Shown here piece by piece: positions 41,201 to 54,610 of a stretch of 64,000 nucleotides of DNA (positions within the stretch are counted from its first letter, which is position 1; each line of letters starts with the position of its first letter). The notes under the pieces are model-generated. The model was not told the origin of the DNA, searched no databases, and saw nothing but the letters and a program-made list of their open reading frames with translations. Source of the DNA: Perna viridis (lineage: Eukaryota); assembly GCA_037379345.1 (NCBI GenBank), contig CM074517.1:48778577-48842576 (forward strand), given 5' to 3'. The position numbers were made by a program, and so were the translations under genes.

Positions 41201-44200
41201 TTTTCGCAAAAGATATGGCTGGTCGAAAATGTTCTTTTTATCCTTTCGCTTAATATTTCAAAGCTTTATGAAATTTAAACGAATCATTATTGGTCTAAAC
41301 GAAAATGTTTATGGAATGGCCAAGAAAAGCTGTCGAAAATATCGACTCGAAAGGTATCGAATCATGCTTAAATTGAATTAAGAGTATCAAAACTATGGTT
41401 TTTTTGTAAACAATGCCATGGAATTTCCGAAGTTTATTTGACCGCCTGACTACTGAAACTTAGAAACCCATTGTTTCATGATTTCAGCATTTTGCATAAA
41501 ACAGCCACGTGATTTAAGCTCTAACTTCTGAGATTTTCAGTACATTTTATATCAATTTTACGTTGTCCCCCCTGGAGCTGAAGCTGTTTCTGAATGAGAA
41601 AAAAAAGTGAATTCAGCGGGTATTTGACAAGCATGAATCACCTCCTGTCTGATTTTTTTTATAAATACTGCTACTTGAATTAAAATACAGAACTCACAAC
41701 AATCGCACTTACCTAAAATATTGGTATTGATGCCTTTAGTTTTTGGAATGAACTTTTACATGACATTACAGGTTGTTATAGTCGCTTATGTTAATGAATA
41801 TCAAAATAATTCGGACAAAATATAGCCTGTATAATTTTAGCTCGATGGGTGCAGATAGTCGACTGTGTTAAGAGGTATATGATCAAATTTTAGATAATAA
41901 CAGACAAGATGTAATGACGTAAAAGAATAAAGTTAATGTATGTCACGGCACAATTTCTTCGAAGTGTCAAATGTCGAAACACAACAAAGAAAAGCATGCC
42001 CCACCCACCCACACACACAAACACACACACACATTTCATGATTTAAATGATGTCATGATTTCAAACCTTTATATGAAATAATATAAATTCTATTGCTTTC
42101 CTTTAAAAATCAATTGTTCTTTTTTTATAGTTTTTTTTGTCTTTTTGTTCTTTTTTCTTTCATAACTTGTATATTGCCAATGGTGGTGTTTCATTCAATT
42201 GCAAAAAAAAATGCAATTTAGAATTAATTATATTAAAGAGCGTGACATGATGTTGAACCATTGGTTTTGAACTGAATCTCAAACATACAGTATCTGTAAA
42301 TTCTTCATTCAAGACAATTTTTACTTGTTGAACATGTTATGTCATCAAATATTCCATTATACATTTAGAATATACACGTCCAACATTTGTTCGTTATTTT
42401 ATAAATAGCTGAGAATGCGTTCAAGGTAGAAGCAAGCCTTAATACATCCATTTTGCTAACAATATGAGACATAAAATACATTTGTATAATAGCTAAAAAT
42501 TCAATTTCATGACTTTAGAGAATTAAATTATTTCTTCACATTGACAGGCGGTTTTTTCCTCCTTGTATATTCTTTCATGTTAGTTTTTATCTAATTATTC
42601 AACGAAATTTCGCATTATCACGGATGAAAATTAAATTTTGAGTTAATTCTAAATGTAAATAAAACTAAATAAAACAAAAGATTTATGGTGTAAAAATATT
42701 CAATGTCTGGCTTTATCACGCTGTTAATACATGAAAACAAATTGAAATCACATTTTATTTATAAAACCAGAGAAATGTTTTTTTTTCCTTTTTATTTCAA
42801 ATGATTTTTTGAAAAACATGTTGCATACAATAAGTGTTAACTAATAAATATTTCAATAAATTGAAAATCAATGAAATATAAACCAATTAAAATAAACCCG
42901 TAAAAAAGGAAGAAGCTCTAAATTTATGTTTTCCCAATTTATATTTTTTCAAACATATCTCTAAATTTTGTTAGAATTTATCTATTAATTTGAACCTTTC
43001 GTTAAATTCATGAAAACTTTTTTTTTTAAAATGTAAAGAATGTTCAACTAGGACGATCAAACAATTAATTGTAGTATTCGTCAAATTGAAGACAAAAGTG
43101 TGTACTTACATTCAGAAAATCTTAGTAAATAACACGTCTCTAGCATTTTGAAACATTTACTTTTATTTTTCATTAAATCGAATAATAATATGGTCCGACC
43201 ATATCCATGTGAAAAAAGCCCTCGCCGACAATTCGGTAGCTCAACCCTGTAAACGAATATGCCTACCAAACAGATATTTAAATTTGAAAATTACATACTG
43301 TATTCTGTTTCATAGTAACGAAAAAAATAAAGAATTAAAAGGCACTGTTTATCAAACGATCTCAAAGCAGGTGCGCGAATGTTTGTAACACACATGGTAA
43401 AAGGCCGATAGGTGCTCGTAATAATTCCACTTGTAGAGGGGCCTACTTCTTGTTGCGGATGTTTAATTACATGAAAAATGTGTATTCGATTACATTGATG
43501 TTTCTCCTACATCAGCAGCCGTCTGTGAAGCCAAAGATAACACGTCACATGTAAACTTATGAATATTGATACAATTCCAAAACGTTCCATTATTCCAATA
43601 ATTCTCTAAAATTCGTTTGTTACTGGAAATATACTTTTGGTGATCAAACACACGACCGTTGCCATTCGCTGGAATGTTGGGATCGTCGTAAGGAAATGCT
43701 TCTCCACAACCAGGCGACAGCGGACAACGGAGCAATTGGAGGTAACTTCACTTCATTCATTTTGCACATTTTTTTTTCATTCCATATCACGGTCTTTGTT
43801 GGAGAAAGATGACAAAAATTAGAATCAGACGACATGGACAGACCGGTCCTATAAATTCAGTCAGAAACCACCTGCATGCCAATTTCGTGTCCATTTCTGA
43901 AATATCCTCTCATAATACTAAAATGACGGAGAAATTTTACATTTTTATGCTAAGATAGCAGACGTTTTTATGCAATTTTTCTTCTCCAAAAATTGCTACA
44001 GGGATATTGTAATGGAGGCGGGCTCTACTTTATTGCTTGTGTTTACTGCAGTTATAAAATGTTTTAATGTAGCTGTTATTCTGTAATTTGAGTTGATTTT
44101 AAGACAATTTGGCGTATACGAAGCAGTCTTGTATTTATAGCCGGGTATTATGGCCGATTTATTACCCCGTTTACTCGGAATGGGATGTTTACAAATCTTT

Positions 44201-46589
44201 AAAAACAACCGATGCATTCCGATTTGTTCATTTGTTTGTATCGGAAGGGAAGTTGTGTAATTCTAGTAAAATGTAATTTTTATATGATATTTTGATTAAA
44301 TTTTTAACAATACTTAAATTGTATTTTATAGGAAAAAATATGCAATTTTTGTGAAAATGTATCTTTGACACAACACATTACAGCTTGTAGTTTATTTTTT
44401 AAAGCCTTCAAAGATATTTTTCAAAATTTTGAACAAGAAATTTTTAAACTTTACATTATAATGTTAAAAACTAGAAAAGTATCGCCTTTAAGTCAAAACC
44501 GATTAGACATAATAAAAATTCGTGTTTTTACTCAAGTGTTCAAGTAAATGGTGTGTTTTTTATTTATGTGTATCCTAGGTGGCCTACATTTGTAGATAAC
44601 TGTGCTAGTATATTAAATTGATTTATAACCTTAATAGGATGTTACGTCGAGATTCGTTGACAGAAAATTATCCGAAACCGTTCCGGGTGTTTTTGTTGTT
44701 GTTGAAAAATCAGTCAAATGTATGATTATAATGGGATAGAAAAACTAAAGCAAAATGTTCACACACAAAATACAACATTACTTGTCAAAGACAATTTCAA
44801 TTTATAATTAATTTATCTCAACTTATAAGCAATTGAAATCTATCCACGGAATATTCTAATCATTAATGACATTTTTAAGTGAATATTTTAAGTAAAGAAT
44901 TATGTTATGTGCATATTGAAATGTGACAAACCATAAGTTACACCGATCCCATTGAGAGCAATAAGAAAAATTCAGTACTTTTAAATTGAATCTTTATATT
45001 GCTCTGAAGGGAATAAAAATCATTCGAAGAATTTCTAAAACCTGATTGGTTTGGTTTCAAGCGCTGCTGTTATATTGATATTTTTTACTGTTAGACACTG
45101 TAATATTGTATAAATAAATAATATGAATTAAAAATAATTTAGGTCATTATTTAAATGAAGGTCTGACATAAATAAAAAAATAAAAGACACAAATGTTTAC
45201 ATATTATTGTGATATAAGAAAATAAAGTAAAATCATTTATTTACAATAGTTTAAATTATTTCATTTTTCTACTAAAATATGAAAAGCATGAATAGATTTG
45301 TAACGTTTTAGGAAATGCCTAATTCATAATAAATTTAGTAATGATTTATACTTGAGAAAAATAGACTCGACGTGTCCCCTCATTTCCTTCAAAAATGACT
45401 AACATTTCTGAAACAACAAGTCATACTTACAGATACCAGATATGATAAAAAAAAATTGAAGTCTAATAAGGGTAATTTCTATTCAAGTTCTTATGTTTTT
45501 CATGTAGGTCGGTTAAAAAGATGGCCAAGAGGAACTATTTTAATGGCGTATATATCTTTAAAACGGACGACTGGAGGGCGGTTAGAAGATTTATGAGCAA
45601 TAGTTTGTGTGGTGTATTAACCACCGTCGATGTTTGAAAATATGGTATTTAAAAACAAAATTAATATTAGAAAATAAAATTTATTCCATCGTTAATTTAG
45701 TACTTCTTAAAACATTCGAATAAGTTACGTACGACCATCGTGTATCCTTTTGTTAAATTTAAATAACTGGCTACAGAACCGATCTTTGTGGAGTAGAAAT
45801 GGATGATAGGTAATCACCACAGTAAAATTATAATGATGGAATAACAATGAGCTTCATAAAATTAAGCACTATTTGTATTATTTAATGAGCGATGAGAAAA
45901 TGAATTATGTCCTCAAGAGAAAAAAAATATTCGAGAGGCCTGGGATATGTCGTTCTATAAAACTATGAAATAGAAGCAAACTGTTGACATGACGCTGACT
46001 AACCCGATGCATTGGTTATTGATTTGATTAAATAATTATTCATATTAATGAGATTAAAAATACATTTAAAACTTTATTAGCTATTTACTATTGTGTCCAA
46101 TGGCAGATGTAAATATTATCACTCACATTTTTTTAAAAATGACCGTCAAAAATCGTTTAAATATGGCACAGTTGACAGTCATCTCAAATTTCATTGGTAT
46201 CTCCAAGCTGCAATTAAAATGTTGTTGCTATTTTAGAATAAACATACAATGTTCCAACTTTTTGAAGAGTCAAAAAATAAGATTATATTGCTTGTAATGA
46301 TGTTGCACCATTATTTCAATAACCCACGATTGAACAAAGACAAACTAATCTTTTGGTCTTTTACAATTCATTGTATATTTATTCCGTAAATAAAGTGGTT
46401 TTCATGCCTGTAAAGTTTTATTACACGGAAACACAGGGCTTACGGTCAGTACTTTATAATTATTCACTGCATAATTATTTTTCTTTTGTATGTTTGTGTC
46501 CGTCTAATTTGAAATAAGGGTATTGCAGAAATGTTGTATTGTTTTTATTTTACTCTTTCGCTTGTTGCGCCCGCCGAACCACTGGCCTT

Positions 46590-46757
46590 CCGATCAAACC
46601 TAGCCTCGTTCTGTCCACACTTTTCAAATCAAAATATAGCCGCGTTCTGTCCACTCTTGGTTTTTCAATCTAACCTAGCCTCGTTATGCCCACTGTCACC
46701 TGCTCGCGCCACGTGTTTTGTCTCTTTACAATCGCTGTGTTGTAGTGGACACAGAGT
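46590..46757. repeat. Three ~39-bp-spaced direct repeats (TAGCCTCGTTCTGTCCAC) plus one inverted partial copy; possible DNA-transposon subterminal region
   Basis: Copies at about 46601, 46637 and 46676; GTGGACACAGAG at about 46745. Confidence 0.55.
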
Positions 46758-49700
46758 AATACTTAGATGAGCGACAGAGTTTCATTATAATCAATTGGTG
46801 ACAATGAAATATTGATGAGTTTTCCGAAATGACCAGCTTGTCTCTCCATTACAATTCCATTAATAATAATGTATATATGTGTGTATGTATGACTGGATTT
46901 GGATATGCTTCTACCGAGTTTAAAACAGTAAAAAGAAAAAAGACAAGATCCGATAGAAGAAAATCCTCTCAAAATATATCAGAAAACGTCTTAACTAGAT
47001 TTTTACTAGTATACAGGCATTTGCATCTCGTTGTGTAGAATTATTCTGGTTTTTATTATGCACTTCACCTATTTATAATGATGCTAAGGCCAAATAAATG
47101 GAATAAATTACAAATGGCATATACTATTTTGTTGTGGGTACTGTAAAAATATGTTAGTAATTTTATTAACGTTGAAATACAACTAAAAACTACGCGATTT
47201 TTTTAAAATTATTTGTATTAGTTGACCTTAAGAGGTTAAACTTTTAGCTAAGTCTGCCAGCCTATCTTGGATTTTTTTTATTAAAACACACGGTAAACCT
47301 GTAAATTAAATGGCAATGACTTATTTTTTATGCTTGGTAACTTTGGGTTTTAGTTTCTCCAATCTTACAAGTAACTCTCTGCAAGGTTTGGGGAAGCTGG
47401 AAGTCGAAAGTTTTCTCCCTTTGTAAATGAGAGCTAGGCACGCATGCGGGATCTCAGATGCCCCATAAAACTGTTGGGGAAAATGAAATAAGAATGATCT
47501 TTGTAATTAGTAATGTTATAACGAGTAAACGAACACATCATTGAGTAGAGGCCTACAAACTGAGAGTAACTGCTATTTTATGGGTGTATCCGTTAACCAA
47601 ATACCGGTTTATAACACCGGAATTTCTCTACCAGGTGTATTAAATTCGTGTGAGTTTCATGAGATATGAATTTGAGCAACCAATAAAAATTGAAACTTGA
47701 TAGGTCTTAAAATTACACGATATATTATTTAATGCTCGACATTATGTCACTATACACAGTTGATTTTAGATATGCAGCGAGTTATGTGAGAACTGAGATT
47801 ATTTTTATGCTGTGGTGTTAGAAGTGTCTGGTGTGCATTAATATCAGTCATTCATGTTTTACTGTGTTGTTTCTCATTTTTAAAATATTGCCTAAGGTAA
47901 TCATGTTTCATGGAGAAATTTCAATTTCGGATGTTTCCGGAAGTAATTGCAGTCTGGAATATTTTTTAATCATTTATTTTATCCCATTTCAATTTCTTAT
48001 GTGTCTCTTTTTTTTCTTAAGCCTGTCCTCTTTTAATAGAAGAGTCTCTCGTCCTAATTTGTTTACAGTGAATTCCAATAATATTTTTTATTTCACCTCT
48101 TTGTTGCTTTAGTCCGAATATTATGATTTTTGCTTTAGTCCGATTTTATGTGTTCAAAAGTTTTAGTCTACTTTTGATTTGGAGTTAAAGTTACGTAGGT
48201 TGTGATTAAATCAAGAAATAACAGATTTTTTTTCTTGCGATATTTGTGTAGTTATTTCAGTAAACCTTATAAATTCTGAAGTTTTTGGGTTTTTTTTTTT
48301 AAAAGTTTTTAGACCACTTCCGAATTGTGTCTAGAATGTTTACTGTGTCAAAACTTTAATTGCAATCCACATCCAGAGCAAATCCAGCTCATATTTGCCA
48401 CAGTTCGACATATACCGTCATATTAAGCCCACGCGGAGCATTTTTGGTTTATGGCATAGTACACATCCATTCTTCTATTTCACTCAAAACGATTTTGTAC
48501 AACAAATATATTGATCCATAAAGAGAAAATAACGACAGTGATTTACTTCCATGCAGACCCAGATAATTTAAATAAACCGGTCTATGAATTAAACTATGTT
48601 AGAACTCGTATGTTTACAGTTATGCGATGTTTCTCTGCTTTGTTACTGCTGCTATGACGAACTGCTCCCCTGGGAATCCAAATTTGGAATAAGTAGCGGT
48701 CTTAATTCAAAAGCCCCAAACAAAACATGTTCAAATTCAAAAATTTCAATTATTTTGTGCAAATTATAGGTCTTAGCCATATGGTTTTGTCGAGTAAAGC
48801 TAATTTGTCAGTGAAACATTTAATCAAAGCGAATAAAATCGAGCGAGACATATCTAGCAATTCGTGCAAAATAATTCTTCCGTCCGATTTGATTTTGTGA
48901 CACTCGATCCCTTTTCTATCAATACAGGTTTGTAAGTTTTACAATCTGTAAAAATTCAAAGTTAGGGGTAATTTACCCTTATATCACGAAACGGTGAAAA
49001 GCCGACAGGAGTTGGGTTAAAGGTCATATTATATCACCATTGTGTAGTGTTCGCACTATTTTATTTCTCGTAATAAGATCCGGCTTAAAAGGCGTGAAGG
49101 TGTTACTGTAAAATTGTAGTGTATTGGACGAGCAAGCACGAAACAGGCATTCACAGGTCTTTTGTGTCACCAAAGCTGCATAGATATTCTACACACTAAA
49201 GAAATACCTTAAAATCACAGCTTATTTTTCCTGATACCTGTATTTCGCACGAATCTTTCATTTACATGGCGATAGTTGTCTTCCCAGCACGTACAAAGAG
49301 TTTACGTGCATCTTATGTGCTTCCAAATCATGATTATTTGAGAACTGATTTTGGAATGCAGATTTATCTGTGTTACACTGATACCACCTATATTTAACCC
49401 ATTCATGAATCAGACTTATCCAACTTATAGCCGCGAGAACATGTTTACTTCATCATACTCATTCTGTTTACAGCAAATGTTTACCGACAACTCAATAACT
49501 TTGTGTACGAGACCCGCTGAACCTAGGCATAAAATGATGTAGAAAATTTGAATTGTGTGATAATATATATTTGTATATACATATAATATCTATATACATG
49601 TAATACAATATATTGTACGCACTCATCAAATAGAATTTCAGCAGAAAGCAAAATATTAGGCCTAAAAATGTACTTCCAAAAAGTGGAAAACAACAAATAA

Positions 49701-52343
49701 AAATGCATGGAACCGATACTATTGGAACATCTATCGTCGTTGTTATATGGCGCGTTTGTATACAGTAGGGTATCCCTGAAAAGTAACCATATTTGTATCG
49801 TCCCATGTAACTTCTGCTTCCAAAGGCCATACATGACACTTTTCAACATAATGGCTATCATTATTATAAATTTTTATTTAATATCGGACATTCGCCTGTT
49901 AATAAAACTTTTGGAACACTTTTGTAATTTCATGGTTTTTAGGATTACCATTAGAAGGTGAAATATATTACTACACCTTTTAAGTTTCGTTTCACCATAA
50001 ATTAGATAAAATTGATAATGTCAGACCAAACGTTACTTTGAAAATTTAGAAGTACACCCTAGTAGGTATATGTTTTGATGTAACGATAACTTAGGTTTTA
50101 GTCAAGTTTCTTAGTTTATGCCTTAATGTTTCTGAACCAGGGTTGAAGTTGAGGACACAAAAGTCAAGAATAAAAAAGAGATTGATTTGTTTGATAGTAT
50201 ATGTTGGAAATCTCTAGGCATGAAAAGATGTTAAAAATAAAACTATTTGTACCAAAATTAGAATTTTTTAAAAAATAGACAACGTGAATTCTCGCTCTAC
50301 GGGTCAAAAAGACTTCTGCACTGCATTTAGAATTATACCATGTTGAGCATTGGTTGATGAAGTTACTTAGGAATGGTTCTTGTTATTTTCTAATGAACAC
50401 AACTCATCCAAAGAAATGATTGTATTACTACGGATTCTACAGTAAAGTCTAATTTTGTTTATATTGTAGATATGTAGTATCCTAGGTGTTTTTTTTCTAA
50501 ATACAGGACCTTGAAGCAGCTAATATGATTGTTGGCGTTAATTTACCAAATTTAGCATTAAACCCAACTTAAAGATCTGTCTTTACTCTCTGGACATTTC
50601 GGCCTTTAGATATTTTAACAAATGTAATTAAAAAATGCGTGTTTATTAACATTACTTGTGCTACGTTATATATCACAATTAACCTGCAGTAATTTTTCTA
50701 TCAGATAAAGTAAATGTTGAGACGAAGTTCAAGACTTTTTACTTTCCAATAACTTCTTAAATACACGTGATCGATGGAGTCCAAGGCTCACTGATCGATC
50801 GCTCAATGTCTAATCTTGATATCTCCGTATTATTTTATAAATGATCGGGCCCACCGTTCCGTTTACTGGTATATTGCATTTTTATTCTGGTGTAAATTAC
50901 ATGTTAATGTAATTGTAATACGGAATAATAGACAGGGGCTCACCGTCAATGATTTTCATTTTATTTTTTATTTATTTTCGTTTTAGGTGCTTTTTAGTGT
51001 CTTCAGGTGTGATCCAATTGCCCCTTATGTAGTTTTCTGTGAATAAAAGTCACTGGGACCATATCAAAATCGTTGCCTCGCACCGTAACAGGTGAAAGAT
51101 CAAAACAAAACACAAACATTAAAATATTTTGCTTGTTACTGACTAATTTAGATATAAATACCTACGTTTTTTTCCTTTTATTGTGAATTGCATAGTTTTT
51201 TGCCAAGATTAACTGAGCTTTACATACTATTTAATGGCTGTGGTTGGTGTCGTTTCTAAGCATATTTTGGAATACATTTTCCTATCTTGCGTTTGGCTGT
51301 TTTGTTAGGTCAAAACTGTCTTAATGTATTGTCTTCGTGTCCATAAGTTTTGGGTACTGTTTTATCAGCGTTAATATTATTTTATCATAATTTCCTATAT
51401 ACTAAGAATTGCTGACTTCTTTTGTTGTGGCCCATAATGTTGGGGTGCATACTTTTGCCTGTGTCGGGACTGTTGAATTATAAATCAGCTTTAAATTCTC
51501 AAAATAAAGTTTCCTTTGCTTTTTAGGTGGTTCATGTACAAAATGATTACTTTTGTAATCTTTGTTTTTTTTTAGTTCAATTTATCGATGGTTACATGAT
51601 GCGGTTTATGTTGGCGATCACATGGCAAACATGATGTATTGCTAAATATGCTCCATGACTATTGTTTCGAAGTCTTGCTGAAAATGTACTTGGGATACGA
51701 AACAATGGTTTCCTCATTTAATTAAATCGTATTGCCTCCCTTGTTATGCAATACCCAAATTAAGTACTGGTGTCGTTTACGCTCGATTCCAAAGGTAAAA
51801 TTATTTGTCAGAGGTTGACTCGAAATTATACAGATATAATTTCATAAGATTGAAAAGATTATGCATTTTGGCTGTGTGCAACGAGAATCTATAGATTATA
51901 TGAATGTATACTACTGCCTCAAACAAAATGAATTTAATATCCTCTTAGAGAATATATTAAGTTTTATGCCCGTAAAAGACAATAGTATTTTGTTTCGACA
52001 CCTGAACGCTGTTTTGAAGAATTTCAAAAGAAGGTTTTTGTTTGATTAAATTCATTCATGTACTTGTTTTTTTTGTGTTTAATGAATACCGAATGATTTA
52101 ATGACTTTTAGTATCAGAACAAAAACGGGACCAAAACCAGAAAACCGCGCTATTAGGGCTGATGAATAAAATTTCTGTAATAAATAAGCTTTTAACAAGA
52201 AACTAATCAATTTTTTCATCATCCAAATTAAGTCGAAGAATCTCGACGTTCGGTGATACACAAAAGTCCCCGTATATTGCTTCGCCTGATTAAAGTAATC
52301 TAACTTCTGCAAAGACTATAAAACGGATTTTTGCTCCGACCGC

Positions 52344-52546
52344 GGTCATAAAATGGATACTGTACATATTAGACGGAGAGTGGTGGGAAAGTTTCTATTT
52401 GAGATAACAAGGAAATCCTAAATTTGCTCGTAAAAATCAGCGTTTAGCAGTCCGTTTTAATTCCACAATAATGAATTTCCATAAAAAGTATCCGGGAAGG
52501 TACATAACATAGGATTAGGATGAAAATATGTGGCGGATTTATGGCC
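52344..52546. promoter_or_regulatory. Cluster of four posterior-Hox/Cdx-type sites (candidate enhancer)
   Basis: GGTCATAAAA 52344, CTCGTAAAA 52427, CCATAAAA 52479 and GATTTATGGCC 52536. Confidence 0.4.
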
Positions 52547-54480
52547 CGACTGTAGCTTGTGATCAGAATATATTCAGATTAAATTAAACTTAATAATATT
52601 TTGTATATTCAGGTCCATATGTCGTTGTTTGTTCGTCCGAATCTGTCACTCCGTGCCTTAAGTTGAGTCATGCTAATAAATTTCACAAGTTCAAAAATTG
52701 GAATAAGAATCTGTTTTGGGGCGGCAGGTGCGACATTTTGTTTTTCTTTTTAAATTGCAAATTGCAGTTCAAAACATGAAGATTTCATATCTATTTAAAA
52801 TAATAGATATTCCATACCATGTTAATCATTCAGTTGACCGCGATTTGTCCATTTGAACAGAATGTCCATGTCCAAAATGAATATGTCGAATTCACAAGAA
52901 AACACAGGAAAACATTCATATATCACAATTATCGGGTACATTATGGGTTTCTGGATATTTTGATCTTATCAGTTTCAATTCTATGTCGTAAATTTTACAT
53001 AAACATGAAAGCTCTGGTAACGTCTTTATCAACTTCTGCCCAGAAGCCATTTTGAAAAGACATGCTCGCGAACAGATTACTGGGCGGTGTCTTTTGCAGA
53101 CGTACAAACAAATTTTTATGGTCGTACATTTGATTTTACAGATATAGCTCCGGGGTAGGTTGAATGATTTTAATCTTGTCCAGTAATCCAGCTACCTGCA
53201 ATCAAACTTTGCCGCCATTGTTGTAGTGACATCATATATCAGGCAGACGATACTAGGGTTTCCTACGAGGCACGCGAGACAATAATACGCCTGCCATTTT
53301 GAGGGCCGTATATCAAACCACGAACACAGTTTACTTGCGTTTCAATAATTTTATAACCAATTGTTACACTTTGAAGTCAAAAATTTCAACATTTTTACAA
53401 CCTATCCGGTAGTTTGTTTTATTATTCTGAAAATGATTTTATTTTCTTCAAAGAAAACGTTGAAAAAAGCCGACTAAATGCCACTTCTCGGTTCATACAT
53501 TTCGGTTTTAATGAAATTCAAATAAGATGCAAGGAATTCGACAGTTTTCGAGAGTTTTTAACATAAATTCAAAACGATAGGCAGAAGGTTCAAAGGTTGG
53601 ATATAGAATCGGGTTCTAAATCACCTAAAGTCGTATGGTTTGCATATATATGGCTGTTACAATGCTTTATGAGCATAAAAACAATTTTTTAAGCTCTTTC
53701 CATTTTCATCTTCGACACAGAAGTCCTTATAACCAGTATTACAGTTATACGCTAAACTTTAGGCAACAAAGCATATATTTTGCTCCGATTTTTTTCGTCC
53801 GTCACGTCTATAGGAAATAGTTCAGTTTTTGTTCCATTGAAATTTTTTTAAAGGGATAGCGGAGGAATAAATCTGAAATCTCTCAGTGGTATGATTTTTG
53901 AAGAAAAAATCCTTAAAATTTGTCGAGCGCCCGATTTTCATTAGATATTTATTTGCAATTGACATATGACTTGTGTCTCCGGACAGGGTCCTACAGAGAC
54001 ACACTATCCATTACCCGTGCTCCAAATAATATATGCTTTATTACATGCTTTAACACACCAAATAAACTTCAAATTCTTTCATTTAATGCTACAATAAAAT
54101 AGCAGTTCTCTGGCTCATATTTGTCATTGTCAATGGTTTAAATGTTGGAATTTTATATTAGCAATTTAGTTAACTTTATCCATAGACTGAATGATCGTGA
54201 CTGCAAACAGTCTCGCACGGCATTGTATTTTGTGCACTTGCTTGAAAATTGTTTGCTGGACTTAAACCTCTGTAGATTGGTATGCCTGTTCTGCATGTGA
54301 TAACCTCATAATGTTATCGTTGCTGTATGGACCCCGAAAAGCTCACGTCACCATAATGCCTAAATTTAAGATTCTTGAGGAATTGAATCTTGAAGCACGA
54401 AATCTTGTAAAATGTATTCTTGACCGCAAATTGGACATAAACAATGATTCAGCAGAGCTATCAAGAATGATTGATTTGAG

Positions 54481-54610
54481 AAACAAATAAACTGCCATTA
54501 AATGATGATACACATCACCGTAATTTGTTACCACGTGGTCAGATCACGTGACTATACTGATATTACATTTTATGAAGAAATTTTGTCGTATAAGAACAAT
54601 AAATTGTCTT
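54481..54610. promoter_or_regulatory. Double CACGTG E-box element flanked by homeodomain motifs (candidate conserved non-coding element)
   Basis: CCACGTGGTCAGATCACGTGAC (54531-54552) with GCCATTAA upstream and TTTTATGA, GTCGTATAA and CAATAAA downstream. Confidence 0.4.

Noticed and set aside
43240-43270. AACCCTGTAAACGAAT as a miR-10-family miRNA (also GATACCTGTA at about 49233 as miR-993-like)
   Set aside because: Seed-level similarity only; no complementary arm forming a pre-miRNA hairpin. No Hox-cluster miRNA was found by eye.
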